IMG/VR virus record: IMGVR_UViG_3300031143_000006
Length of the DNA: 64,000 nt
Direction: 5' to 3' (one strand)
Source: a virus
The notes under the pieces are model-generated. The model did not search any database. It was given only the letters and a program-made list of their open reading frames with translations, and was not told the DNA's origin. The translations under genes were made by a program, and so were the position numbers. Of this stretch, positions 48,559 through 57,962 are shown one piece after another. Position 1 is the stretch's first letter; every line of letters starts with the position of its first letter.

Positions 48559-49503
48559 ATGAGCGATCACAAAGAAGACGATGCAAATTTAGACGATGCA
48601 TATAAAACTATCGTGGAAAATCAGGAAAACCCGAAACCTGTAGATTTAGGGTCAGTAAGCATGGAGAAGTACGGAACGCAAAAGGCACAGGATGCTGATA
48701 CGTTATTAGGATATCATGTAATCAAAACAACATCAATGCCATCTGCTGGTATGTTTTATCCAAAAGGAACACAGATCCATATAAGATCTGCTAAAGTATC
48801 TGAAATCAGGCATTTTTCAACAATAGATGAACAAAATATTTTAGATGTTGATGAAAAGCTAAATGCTATAGTAGAGTCATGTACTAGGGTAACTAATAAC
48901 AAGACTAGAATGTCTTATAAAGATCTTCTAGAAGAAGACAGGTTCTTTTTAATACTTTCAATAAGAGATTTAACATTTCCAGAACCAGAATCTAACTTAA
49001 ATATAGATCATCTAGATAAAAAAGGAATTGCTCACAAAATTGAAATAAATAAAGATAACTTTACATATTTTAAAATACCAGAAACACTAGATAAGTATTA
49101 TGATGATGAAGCTAGAACGTTTTTAATTGAAACTAAATCATTTGGTATAATAAAAATTTCACCACCGACTATTGGTATCATGCAAAAAATGACGGCTTAT
49201 ATTAAAGACCGCCAAGAAAAAGGTCAAAAAATTGATCAATCAGTTTTGCAAATAATGCCGTATCTTGTTAGTGAATGGCGAGGTTTTGCAGACAATGACA
49301 TTTTCAAATTTGAAATGGAAATGAATAGTTGGTCAAACAAAAAATATAGTTTAATTTATAAATTATCAGAACAGATGAAGGTTGGTATTAAACCAGACAT
49401 GGCTGTTCAAATCGGGGATGATTGGGAGGACGTCCCTATTGGGTTTCGCGACGGAATCAAGTCTCTTTTCATTGTTCAAGATATCACTGGAGAACTTCTT
49501 TAA
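48559..49503 (+). CDS. hypothetical protein (314 aa), possibly tail/baseplate associated
   Basis: ORF in the tail module. Confidence 0.35.
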   Translation: MSDHKEDDANLDDAYKTIVENQENPKPVDLGSVSMEKYGTQKAQDADTLLGYHVIKTTSMPSAGMFYPKGTQIHIRSAKVSEIRHFSTIDEQNILDVDEKLNAIVESCTRVTNNKTRMSYKDLLEEDRFFLILSIRDLTFPEPESNLNIDHLDKKGIAHKIEINKDNFTYFKIPETLDKYYDDEARTFLIETKSFGIIKISPPTIGIMQKMTAYIKDRQEKGQKIDQSVLQIMPYLVSEWRGFADNDIFKFEMEMNSWSNKKYSLIYKLSEQMKVGIKPDMAVQIGDDWEDVPIGFRDGIKSLFIVQDITGELL

Positions 49504-49797
49504 AACCAAGTTTTATATTTATAAAAACCTTCACATTCAACCTAGCGAATTGGAAGCGTTGGAATATTATGAATTTCACTACTTAGTTAAAGATTTACTT
49601 GATTTTATGAAAAAAGAAAATGAGAGTAATTCACAGCAAAATGAACAACAGAATTCAGCAGCATCCGGGATGAAGATACCTAGTATGAAGATACCTTCAA
49701 TGAAGATGCCGAAACTTTAAATAATTATATAAAAATAACGGGACTTGCTCCCGTTATTTCTGTAATATATAGAATATAATAAAAACAAATAATTCCA

Positions 49798-50025
49798 ATG
49801 AAACATATAAAACATATAAATAATTTAGGAAATTCTGAATCCCTAGATGAAAACGCAAAATCTAAAGCAGTTCGTGTAATTGCAGATTTAGGAAAGCATG
49901 CTACTCTTGCTATGGTTCAATATCTATCAGATAACCCAGAATTAATAAGCGACATGTGGGCTAAATTAAAAGACTCTGCAGAAAGCAGTACAAAGGTACA
50001 AAATGCAATCACAGACTTAGATTAA
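49798..50025 (+). CDS. hypothetical protein (75 aa)
   Basis: ORF. Confidence 0.3.
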   Translation: MKHIKHINNLGNSESLDENAKSKAVRVIADLGKHATLAMVQYLSDNPELISDMWAKLKDSAESSTKVQNAITDLD

Positions 50026-50065
50026 TACAATACAATTAAATACTTTAAAAATTATACTTATATAA

Positions 50066-52558
50066 ATGGCTAAGAACCCCATATTTGATTTACTATTGTC
50101 CCCCTTACAAAGGATTCAGAGGATATCAGAGGAAGATAGCAAAGTTTTATCATATATTAATACCTCTGTTGAATTGTTAGTAAAATCATCAACAGAAGTT
50201 AAAAATGTATTTATTGAACAGAGGGATCTTTTAATAGATATGAACGCTTCTCTAAAGGCAATATCTAATCAGTTAGCGAATTCAGCCGGTTCAGGCGGCG
50301 GCGCGGCTAAAAAAGGTATTTCAATGCCTTCTCCTGGTCAATCATTTAGTTTTTCTACGTTCTTAGTACTAGGAGCTGCTGGATTAGCAGGAGCATCTTT
50401 CTTCCTAAACATGGTAACACCTGTTTCTTTAACGAAATTAGTAACAGCAATTGCAATATCAATTGCACTTGTTCCAATCGTTAAAGTAATGATAGGTATC
50501 GTACAATTATTATCTCCTGTTCAATCTCTATTAGGTAGAGCAGCTGGTTTTGCACTAGATAAAATAGGAGCAAGGAAGCAAACAAACGGGATGTCTAAGA
50601 ATAAAGCAATGGGAATGGCTTTAATGGTTATAATAGGGGCGGCTATTTCAGTAGCAATGGCATCTGTCATATTACAATTAGTTATGCCATTATCTATTAC
50701 TCAATTAGCTACTGCGTTTATGATAGGTATTGCAATTGGCCCAATGACTGGTGTTTTCATTGCTTTAGTAAAATCATTAAGAGCTGCTAGAATTGCACCT
50801 AGTAAAAAAGGATTAAAAACCGTTGGTTTCGCATCACTTGTTATGGTTGCTATTGCCGCTGGGATTGCCGGAGTTGCTCTTGCGTTAGGGTTACTTCCAC
50901 CTAGTTTTGTGGAACCTCCTGAGATAATGTGGGTATTACAAACCGGTTTTATGTTATATGTTTTCGCTTTGCCAATGACAATGATATTGAAAGCTACTAA
51001 AGGATTAACAACAAAACAATTAATTTTCTCAGCGATTGCAATCCCACTTATAGCGCTTGCTGTTGTTGCTGTTTCTTTGGTTCTCCAAGGTCTTAAGGCA
51101 GTTGGTTCATACTATACCCCTCCATTGAAATGGGTCGGTAAGGCAGCATTAACGTTATTGGTATTTGGTGTACCTATGTTCTTTCTAGCAAGAGCATTTA
51201 GTGGAAAGGTTAGTTTTAAGGGTATACTTAAGGCGTCTTTAGGAATGTTGCTAATAGCAGGTACGATTGTAGGTATATCAATGATATTTCAAGCACTTGA
51301 TGGCGTTGGATGGTTCACTCCTCCACCTGCTTGGTCTTTTACTGCAGGATTAAATATTCTTGCATTCGGAGCAGCTTTTGTATTAATAGCAGTCATGTCA
51401 AAGATTTTAAAACCAAAAGATATGTTAATGGCTACTTTAGCTATTGTATTAATAGCAGGATCAGTTCTTGCAGTTGCATGGATATTTAGTTTCTTAGACG
51501 GAGTTAGCTTTGTTGCACCTCCGATGGACTGGGCAATTGACGCTGCGATAACGATAACAATATTTGCAATACCAATGGCAATTATCGGAGCAATGGCAAT
51601 GTTACTTACACCAGTTGGTTTATTATTAGGAGCTGCTGGTATCATATTAATGGCAGGGGTTATTTGGGTTGTTGCATGGATATTTGGTAAAATACCAGTA
51701 GTCGGCGATGGATTTAAAACATTAATAGACGCGTTACTTTATCCAATAAATGCAATGGTAACTATTTTAGGTAGATTTAAGAATGAAATTGGAATTGAAA
51801 ATATGCTACCAATAGCTGGGGGTATTCTTGCAATTGCAGGATCTTGGTTAGCGTTAACTGCAGCAATGGCAGGATCTGCTCTTGGTGGATTAGCAGGGGC
51901 TGCTGCTGGAGTGGGGACAGCATTGCTTGATACTATCGGTGGTTTTTTCGGAGGTGAAAAAACCAAAACACCATTTGATCTATTGAATTTATTAATAGAT
52001 TCTTCAGATAAAATAATAGCTTTAACAGGGCCTATTACTAAATTTGCAGAAGGATTCGGTCTGATCGCATTAAATACCGCAGCAGTTGTTAGTGGATTAG
52101 GTGCTTTCTCACAATTTATGGTTGAAGATAATGTAACTCAATTAGATGATGCTGCTACTGCGATTAAGAAAATAGCAACAGGATATAAATCAATATCAGA
52201 TTCGTCTAATGTAATGAATATTGATGCTATCAATGCTTCTTCTAGGATGTTTGAAGCTATTGCAGATATTGCAAAGAATGGCGGAGATGATGCGATAACG
52301 ACTATTTCTGAGAAACTAATGGAAGCTGTTGAAAAATTATCAGAAACTGTTGAAAACTTAGAGAGTGCTAATAGCGCTAATTCACAGTCAATGACAGATG
52401 CTATATCAGATACAATCGGAGGATTTATCGATAAGATTAAAGGTACTAAAGAAGATGGTGCTGAAGAATCTGGACTAATAGATGTTGAACCAATCGTTCT
52501 TGCAATACAAGAATTAGAAGAAAGATTCAGTAGAACTATTAAGGTAAAACATGTATAA
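50066..52558 (+). CDS. large hydrophobic multi-repeat protein (830 aa). It is a candidate tail tape-measure or membrane-channel (ejection) protein.
   Basis: About 18-20 predicted hydrophobic helices in repeated ~45-aa units, each starting with a 'PPxxW' / 'PSF' motif. Gly/Ala-rich. It sits in the tail module. Confidence 0.35.
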   Translation: MAKNPIFDLLLSPLQRIQRISEEDSKVLSYINTSVELLVKSSTEVKNVFIEQRDLLIDMNASLKAISNQLANSAGSGGGAAKKGISMPSPGQSFSFSTFLVLGAAGLAGASFFLNMVTPVSLTKLVTAIAISIALVPIVKVMIGIVQLLSPVQSLLGRAAGFALDKIGARKQTNGMSKNKAMGMALMVIIGAAISVAMASVILQLVMPLSITQLATAFMIGIAIGPMTGVFIALVKSLRAARIAPSKKGLKTVGFASLVMVAIAAGIAGVALALGLLPPSFVEPPEIMWVLQTGFMLYVFALPMTMILKATKGLTTKQLIFSAIAIPLIALAVVAVSLVLQGLKAVGSYYTPPLKWVGKAALTLLVFGVPMFFLARAFSGKVSFKGILKASLGMLLIAGTIVGISMIFQALDGVGWFTPPPAWSFTAGLNILAFGAAFVLIAVMSKILKPKDMLMATLAIVLIAGSVLAVAWIFSFLDGVSFVAPPMDWAIDAAITITIFAIPMAIIGAMAMLLTPVGLLLGAAGIILMAGVIWVVAWIFGKIPVVGDGFKTLIDALLYPINAMVTILGRFKNEIGIENMLPIAGGILAIAGSWLALTAAMAGSALGGLAGAAAGVGTALLDTIGGFFGGEKTKTPFDLLNLLIDSSDKIIALTGPITKFAEGFGLIALNTAAVVSGLGAFSQFMVEDNVTQLDDAATAIKKIATGYKSISDSSNVMNIDAINASSRMFEAIADIAKNGGDDAITTISEKLMEAVEKLSETVENLESANSANSQSMTDAISDTIGGFIDKIKGTKEDGAEESGLIDVEPIVLAIQELEERFSRTIKVKHV

Positions 52559-52613
52559 TTGAAACTTTTAGATCATGGTGTGTATAATTTTAAATAATTA
52601 TTAACAACACACC

Positions 52614-52943
52614 ATGGATAGAGAATCAATTATTGAAAGACTATTAGATCAAGGTCACATTACAATCAAATGGGCAGACATTATTCTTAATAAAAAAGAA
52701 AGATGTATTGAACGAATCACGGAACTACATACTGACGGTAATGTAAATACAAACGAAGCAGTATTATTACTTAACGAGAATGTAGTAGTTCCTAGAATCA
52801 CAATCCCTTCATTCCCATTTGGAACACCAAATATAATGCCAAACAGCCCACACCCATTTCCAACATGGCCAGATAATATCCCACCGAATGTTTATTGTCA
52901 AACAACAACGGCGCCTAATACTGACCAAACCCCTAATACCTAA
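52614..52943 (+). CDS. hypothetical protein (109 aa) with a Pro-rich C-terminus
   Basis: ORF. Confidence 0.3.
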   Translation: MDRESIIERLLDQGHITIKWADIILNKKERCIERITELHTDGNVNTNEAVLLLNENVVVPRITIPSFPFGTPNIMPNSPHPFPTWPDNIPPNVYCQTTTAPNTDQTPNT

Positions 52944-52946
52944 TTT

Positions 52947-53378
52947 ATGTATACTTACAAAGCAAAGGTTAATAGAATAATTGACGGAGATAGTGTAGTC
53001 TTTGATATTGATTTAGGATTCGATACTTGGTTAAACAAGCAATCAATTCGTTTATATGGAATAGACACCCCAGAATCAAGAACAAGAGATCTTACTGAAA
53101 AACAATTTGGAATGTTAGCAAAGACTAGAATTCAGGGGTTACTTCCAGTTGGTTCTACTGTTACGATTAAAACGGTTAAAGACAAAGGTGGAAAATACGG
53201 AAGAATCCTAGCAGAGATAATCACAGGAGAGGAAATCAATGTTAATTTAACAATGATAGAAGAGAAACTAGCAGTTTATTATGAAGGTCAATCTAAGGAT
53301 CTTATTGAAATGGAACATTTAGAAAATAGAAAGTTTTTAATAAAGGAAGGTAAAATTATACTGAATGAAAATAAATAA
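52947..53378 (+). CDS. staphylococcal-nuclease-like (SNase / thermonuclease family) nuclease
   Basis: 'VNRIIDGDSVVF...IRLYGIDTPE' is the SNase catalytic core (DGDT...R..GIDAPE). Confidence 0.6.
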   Translation: MYTYKAKVNRIIDGDSVVFDIDLGFDTWLNKQSIRLYGIDTPESRTRDLTEKQFGMLAKTRIQGLLPVGSTVTIKTVKDKGGKYGRILAEIITGEEINVNLTMIEEKLAVYYEGQSKDLIEMEHLENRKFLIKEGKIILNENK

Positions 53379-53931
53379 GAATTTTAAACTAGATGGTCTT
53401 TTAGAGTTTCAACCAAATGTATATGGCGATGACAGGGGCCAATTCATCGAAACGTTTAACGAGGATATCATGAGGGAGCTCGGGTTTAACAAACACTTTA
53501 AACAGGATAATCAAAGTATCTCTCAGAGAGGGGTCTTTAGAGGGATCCATTTACAATCAGAACCACGTTCACAAGGAAAGCTCGTTCGAGTAGCAAAGGG
53601 AAGCGTTATTGATTATGCAATAGATTTAAGGAGAAATTCACCAACTTATGGAGAATGGGATTCTATTCTATTAACTGCAGAAAAAGGAAATCAATTCTGG
53701 ATCCCAGACGGATTTGGACATGCATTCCTATCGTTAGAAGATGATACTATATTTTGTTATAAATGTACAGAAACATATGCACCTGATAATCAAGTAAGTA
53801 TTTTATGGAATGATGAAGACATTAGCTTAGACGTTAGTTCACAAATAGACATCCCATTATTAATATCAGATAAAGATTTGGAAGCAATGACGCTTCTTGA
53901 ATATTCAATAAAATTTAATTCATCATTATAA
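53365..53931 (+). CDS. rmlC: dTDP-4-dehydrorhamnose 3,5-epimerase-like cupin (RmlC family)
   Basis: 'FQPNVYGDDRGQFIETF', 'RGIHLQSEP...QGKLVRVAKGSVIDYAIDLRRNSPTYGEW' and 'WIPDGFGHAFLSL' are RmlC signature blocks. Confidence 0.65.
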   Translation: MKINKNFKLDGLLEFQPNVYGDDRGQFIETFNEDIMRELGFNKHFKQDNQSISQRGVFRGIHLQSEPRSQGKLVRVAKGSVIDYAIDLRRNSPTYGEWDSILLTAEKGNQFWIPDGFGHAFLSLEDDTIFCYKCTETYAPDNQVSILWNDEDISLDVSSQIDIPLLISDKDLEAMTLLEYSIKFNSSL

Positions 53932-54149
53932 TGAAACAAGTAATATCAATCATAGTAGTTCTTTTAGCATATTCTCTAGTATTAGCACTCCCAGTTCAAT
54001 TCTTATGGAATTTTGCATTATTACCGGCAGTAGAAGGACTTTATCCAATAGGGTTCTTGCAAGCAATAGGTATTAATCTATTAGCATCTATATTATTCAA
54101 AAATGCAACACCGTCTGAAAAAGACAATAAGGATGCAATCGAAGAGTAG
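53931..54149 (+). CDS. small hydrophobic membrane protein (72 aa)
   Basis: ORF with 2 predicted TM segments and ATGA start/stop overlap. Confidence 0.3.
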   Translation: MKQVISIIVVLLAYSLVLALPVQFLWNFALLPAVEGLYPIGFLQAIGINLLASILFKNATPSEKDNKDAIEE

Positions 54150-54247
54150 TATTTATTATTAAAGTAACTTCCCTATCTATATTCATTATAAATAACACAT
54201 TTATCAAAAAATAAATGATTAAATGTTTTTTATATTCAATATAAAGT

Positions 54248-54265
54248 GTTATATTTACTTATAAC
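54248..54265 (+). promoter_or_regulatory. conserved promoter-like element, copy 4
   Basis: GTTATATTTACTTATAAC, 13 nt upstream of the ATG at 54278. Confidence 0.5.
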
Positions 54266-54277
54266 TTAAAATAAATT

Positions 54278-54733
54278 ATGAAAAAACAAACAGTAATATT
54301 CGATCTAGACGGAACATTAGCATTAATCGACGAAAGAAGAGCTTTAGCAGATAGACCAGGGGAAAAGATGAACTGGAAAGTATTCTTCGCACCAGAAAAC
54401 ATCCAATTAGATAAACCAAATAAACCAGTTATTGAATCTTTCAAAGCTTTAAAAGCTTCAGGATTTACCGTTGGTGTATTTAGTGGAAGAGATGATATTA
54501 GTATTAAAGAAACTAAAGCATGGTTAATTGAAAATGGAATTGAAGTAGATTTCTTGAAGATGAGAAGAAGCGGAAGTTTCGTTCCAGATGATAAGTTAAA
54601 GAAACTTTGGTTAGAAGACATCCAAGCAGAAGGACATGAAGTTATGTGTGTTTTTGATGATAGAGACAAGGTAGTTAAGATGTGGAGAGAGAATGGAATT
54701 TCTTGTTTCCAAGTTGCCGAAGGTCCTTTCTAA
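54278..54733 (+). CDS. HAD-superfamily phosphatase
   Basis: Motif I 'VIFDLDGTL', motif III 'K' and motif IV 'VFDDRD'. Confidence 0.55.
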   Translation: MKKQTVIFDLDGTLALIDERRALADRPGEKMNWKVFFAPENIQLDKPNKPVIESFKALKASGFTVGVFSGRDDISIKETKAWLIENGIEVDFLKMRRSGSFVPDDKLKKLWLEDIQAEGHEVMCVFDDRDKVVKMWRENGISCFQVAEGPF

Positions 54734-54850
54734 TTTAAAGGAATGTTATTTCTATTAGAAGATGCGGTGGTTCTTCTTTAAAGACTCAGATTCTCTCATC
54801 AAAGGGAAATTTTTAAAACAGGCACCCTTACCCGGAGCCCGGAGCCGTTC

Positions 54851-54894
54851 AAAGATACTCAAAGATACTCAAAGGTACTCAGAGACACTCAACC
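54851..54894. repeat. tandem decamer repeat (AAAGATACTC x ~4, degenerating) inside a GC-rich structured intergenic island
   Basis: aaagatactc aaagatactc aaaggtactc agagacactc, flanked by the inverted repeat cccttacccgg (54824-54834) / ccgggttaggg (54933-54943). Confidence 0.7.
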
Positions 54895-55048
54895 GGTAAC
54901 AGAATAACGGATTCTTAATAGAAATATCCGATCCGGGTTAGGGACCTTACAGATCTAGCAGACTCACAAGGGTTACCGCAGGGGTTTTTTACATACTCAG
55001 AGTAATTATAATGTATAATATATAAAATTAATTTAAAAACGTTAAACT

Positions 55049-55177
55049 ATGACACTGTTTATTATAGTATGTATTATTATTGCAGTCTATGTTACAATAG
55101 CAATTGAATTAATAAATTCCCCAGTCTATGATGAGAATATGAATGTCATAGAGGATAAAAAAGAAACAAAAGAATAA
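55049..55177 (+). CDS. small TM peptide (42 aa), not in the ORF track
   Basis: MTLFIIVCIIIAVYVTIAIELINSPVYDENMNVIEDKKETKE; its stop overlaps the next ATG. Confidence 0.2.
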   Translation: MTLFIIVCIIIAVYVTIAIELINSPVYDENMNVIEDKKETKE

Positions 55178-55413
55178 TGAATTTAGAAGGATTTATAATA
55201 ACAATAGTAATTGGAGTAGTTGCATACATTGTAGGATATATGATGGGTATTGAAAACGAACGACGTAGGATCTATTCAGCATTTAGCTTAAAGAATGGAA
55301 TTTCACTAGGCAACTTTAATCAGATTCTTGGAGAATATGAGGATCTATTAGAATCTATAAGGAACAGAAAAACTAATTTCATAAAAAGATTAATAGAACG
55401 TATTAAAAGATAA
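55177..55413 (+). CDS. small membrane protein (78 aa)
   Basis: ORF with an N-terminal TM segment. Confidence 0.3.
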   Translation: MNLEGFIITIVIGVVAYIVGYMMGIENERRRIYSAFSLKNGISLGNFNQILGEYEDLLESIRNRKTNFIKRLIERIKR

Positions 55414-55416
55414 AAG

Positions 55417-56013
55417 ATGATTGTTTATGTTGCACCTCCCAGAGGGAAACTAGAAAAAATAGCCTTTACTAATTGGTTGGAATCTTATGGATTTGTACCA
55501 ATTTGGTTAGATGATAGTTTTACAACAATGGAAGGACCTTTAATACTATGCGGAGGAGCAGATATTGGAGTTAGACCTGAACGAGATCTTAATGAAAACA
55601 AATGGATTGATATGGCGCTAGCCAACAATCAAACGATAATTGGAGTTTGCAGAGGAATGCAAGTATTGAATCTTTATTTTGGAGGGGAAGTTGCAGACAT
55701 TGATTGCGACATATTAGAGTACCACAAGAATGATGATTTTTCTGATGATACTGATCATAGTCATAGACTTTCGCAGTTTCATAAGATAGAAGACTCCAAT
55801 AAAAATATTCTTACAGTTAATTCTAGACATCACCAACATTGTTCTAGAGTAGCGGATAACTTCACAGTAACACATACGGCACTCCCTGATGGACTAGTAG
55901 CGGAAGCATTTGAAGATATAAGTAGGAATATATGGGCCGTACAATGGCACCCTGAAAGAACAGAATCTCAAGACAATATGTACCCTTTAAATAAAATTGT
56001 TAATAACTTTTAA
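55417..56013 (+). CDS. class I glutamine amidotransferase-like protein (peptidase C26 / gamma-glutamyl hydrolase type)
   Basis: Nucleophile elbow 'IGVCRGMQVLN'. The His motif 'VQWHPE' matches the QFHPE motif of GATase1. Confidence 0.5.
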   Translation: MIVYVAPPRGKLEKIAFTNWLESYGFVPIWLDDSFTTMEGPLILCGGADIGVRPERDLNENKWIDMALANNQTIIGVCRGMQVLNLYFGGEVADIDCDILEYHKNDDFSDDTDHSHRLSQFHKIEDSNKNILTVNSRHHQHCSRVADNFTVTHTALPDGLVAEAFEDISRNIWAVQWHPERTESQDNMYPLNKIVNNF

Positions 56014-56052
56014 AAATAAGTGCATAAAAGTTTTTTTATATCAATATAAAGT

Positions 56053-56070
56053 GTTATATTTACTTATAAC
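56053..56070 (+). promoter_or_regulatory. conserved promoter-like element, copy 5 (full ~45-nt block 56027-56070)
   Basis: TTTTTTTATATCAATATAAAGTGTTATATTTACTTATAAC. Confidence 0.5.
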
Positions 56071-56087
56071 ATTAAAACAAACGTATT

Positions 56088-56399
56088 ATGCAAAATTTAT
56101 TATCATTTATTTACAAGAACGAATTAGGAGATTCTACGAACAAAGGTCTTAGTAGCAAACACACAGATTTACCAGTATACTATGGAGATATTGATGTTGA
56201 ATTCTTAATGAATTTGAAAGAGGATGGATTATTGCATATCAAACGTAAAATGTTTGGAGAATGCGCAGACTATATAGTTCCTGTTAGTGTTTACTTAAGT
56301 GGGAAACATTCAATGTTCGGAGGTAATTTCGCGTATACTTCTCATAGTGGATTTCCATCTAATGCACCTATAAAAATTCATGATAGATTAGAAAGATAA
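56088..56399 (+). CDS. hypothetical protein (103 aa)
   Basis: ORF downstream of the motif. Confidence 0.3.
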   Translation: MQNLLSFIYKNELGDSTNKGLSSKHTDLPVYYGDIDVEFLMNLKEDGLLHIKRKMFGECADYIVPVSVYLSGKHSMFGGNFAYTSHSGFPSNAPIKIHDRLER

Positions 56400-56513
56400 T
56401 GACAAACTCAGAAAAATTAATATTCCTTATTAAAAAGTTTCAAACTCCTAAAGGTAATTATCTAATAGAGTTATTAATGGAAGAAGAGGAAAGAACATCT
56501 AAAAACAAATAAT

Positions 56514-56711
56514 ATGGCACCAATAGAGATAATAGCATTATTTTCAGTATTTATAATATACACCGCATCCCAACACTTATTAAATTGGTGGTGGAGGATT
56601 GAAGACCCAAAGGAACCATATGAATCTAAATTAGTATTAGTAATGCTAACGCTAGTTGTTACAAATATACTGTTTATATTATTCGCGGTGTGGTCAATAC
56701 GAAATATATGA
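56514..56711 (+). CDS. small membrane protein (65 aa, 2 TM)
   Basis: ORF. Confidence 0.3.
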   Translation: MAPIEIIALFSVFIIYTASQHLLNWWWRIEDPKEPYESKLVLVMLTLVVTNILFILFAVWSIRNI

Positions 56712-56840
56712 AAAAAGATTTAGAAATAGTAGGACTATATGAATATGATGATGAGTATCAAGTAATAGACTCAGATAGAACAGTATGGTTCCAAGGAAGC
56801 AAAAAGGATTGTAAAGAATATAAACGTAAAAACAAATAAC

Positions 56841-57083
56841 ATGCCAACAATTTACCCAGATAGCATAGACTTAGATGTTGAGGACTTCATAGATGACTGT
56901 TCAGACCGCGAAATCGAAAAATTAATTGCATATTTAAGAGAAACAAAGAGGCACTTAGGTAGCTTCATTGCCCCTCAATATGACTCGTGGAATATTGAGG
57001 TTGATAAACTTATAGATTCTAAATGGAGATTATCAAACGAAGATGAGGCAACTATTCTAGAAATAACAGATAAACTATTATAA
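56841..57083 (+). CDS. hypothetical acidic protein (80 aa)
   Basis: ORF. Confidence 0.3.
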   Translation: MPTIYPDSIDLDVEDFIDDCSDREIEKLIAYLRETKRHLGSFIAPQYDSWNIEVDKLIDSKWRLSNEDEATILEITDKLL

Positions 57084-57093
57084 ATTAGGAGAA

Positions 57094-57714
57094 ATGATGA
57101 AAAAAATATTATTAATATTATTAATAGGAATTAGTTCGATTGTTCATGGACAAAAATATGGAGTTGGTATTACTTTAGGTAATTCTAATTACAGTGGAGA
57201 CGTTGGTAAAACATTCGAAGGCACTTCAGCATTATCAGGTAGTTTATTTTTTAAATACAATTATGATGATAGAATTACATTTAGAACATCATACAGTCGT
57301 ATCAATATTGAAGGAAACGGAACAGATAGTAATATGTCCTTCGAGAATAATATAGATGAATTGGAATTAGGAGTAGAATTTAATTTATTTAATTACGAAA
57401 TTAATTCATATAATAAATACTGGACACCATACATATCAACAGGGATAGTCTTATTTAATTATAAGGTTCCTATGGTAGAAAGGGATATTAATGGAAATAT
57501 AGTAATAGGTGATAAGATTGCACATGCACTCCCACTTGGAATAGGGATCAAATCAATATTAACAGGTCCGTTTGCATTTTCAATAGAAACTAAAATCAGA
57601 TATACGTTTGAGGATGATCTAGATGATATTGTAGCGGGAGCAAGAGATGACTGGTATTTTTTTACTGGAGTATCTTTGATTTATACATTTGGAAGGGAAA
57701 GATCATGGCATTAA
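57094..57714 (+). CDS. secreted outer-membrane beta-barrel-like protein (signal peptide; OmpA/porin-like 8-strand barrel)
   Basis: The N-terminal 'MMKKILLILLIGISSIVHGQ' is a signal peptide. The mature part shows an alternating hydrophobic, Gly/aromatic-rich pattern and ends in 'LIYTFGRE'. Confidence 0.4.
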   Translation: MMKKILLILLIGISSIVHGQKYGVGITLGNSNYSGDVGKTFEGTSALSGSLFFKYNYDDRITFRTSYSRINIEGNGTDSNMSFENNIDELELGVEFNLFNYEINSYNKYWTPYISTGIVLFNYKVPMVERDINGNIVIGDKIAHALPLGIGIKSILTGPFAFSIETKIRYTFEDDLDDIVAGARDDWYFFTGVSLIYTFGRERSWH

Positions 57715-57962
57715 TGAAAGATTGGTATGTCTATATAGTTAAATGCTCTGATGGATCTCTATACACTGGAATAACGGTTGATAGAGTTCGTAGAGTAATA
57801 GAGCATAATGAATCTAAGAAAGGTGCGAAATACACAAGAACTAGACGACCTGTTGTTCTTGTATATTCCGAAACACTGAAAGATAGATCAAGCGCATCAA
57901 AACGTGAAATTGCTATTAAGAAATTAAATAGAATAGACAAATTAAAATTATGTAAATTATGA
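57705..57962 (+). CDS. small stand-alone GIY-YIG domain protein (UPF0213 / YhbQ / Slx1-like nuclease family)
   Basis: 'WYVYIVKCSDGSLYTGITVDRVRRVIEHN...GAKYT' ... 'LVYSE' ... 'EIAIKKL'. Confidence 0.6.
   Translation: MALMKDWYVYIVKCSDGSLYTGITVDRVRRVIEHNESKKGAKYTRTRRPVVLVYSETLKDRSSASKREIAIKKLNRIDKLKLCKL

Noticed and set aside
49382-49720. ORF-track model 49382-49720 as a 112-aa protein overlapping ORF 48559-49503 by ~120 nt
   Set aside because: The long out-of-frame overlap is implausible. Only the non-overlapping 3' part (from ~49551) is retained as a possible small ORF.
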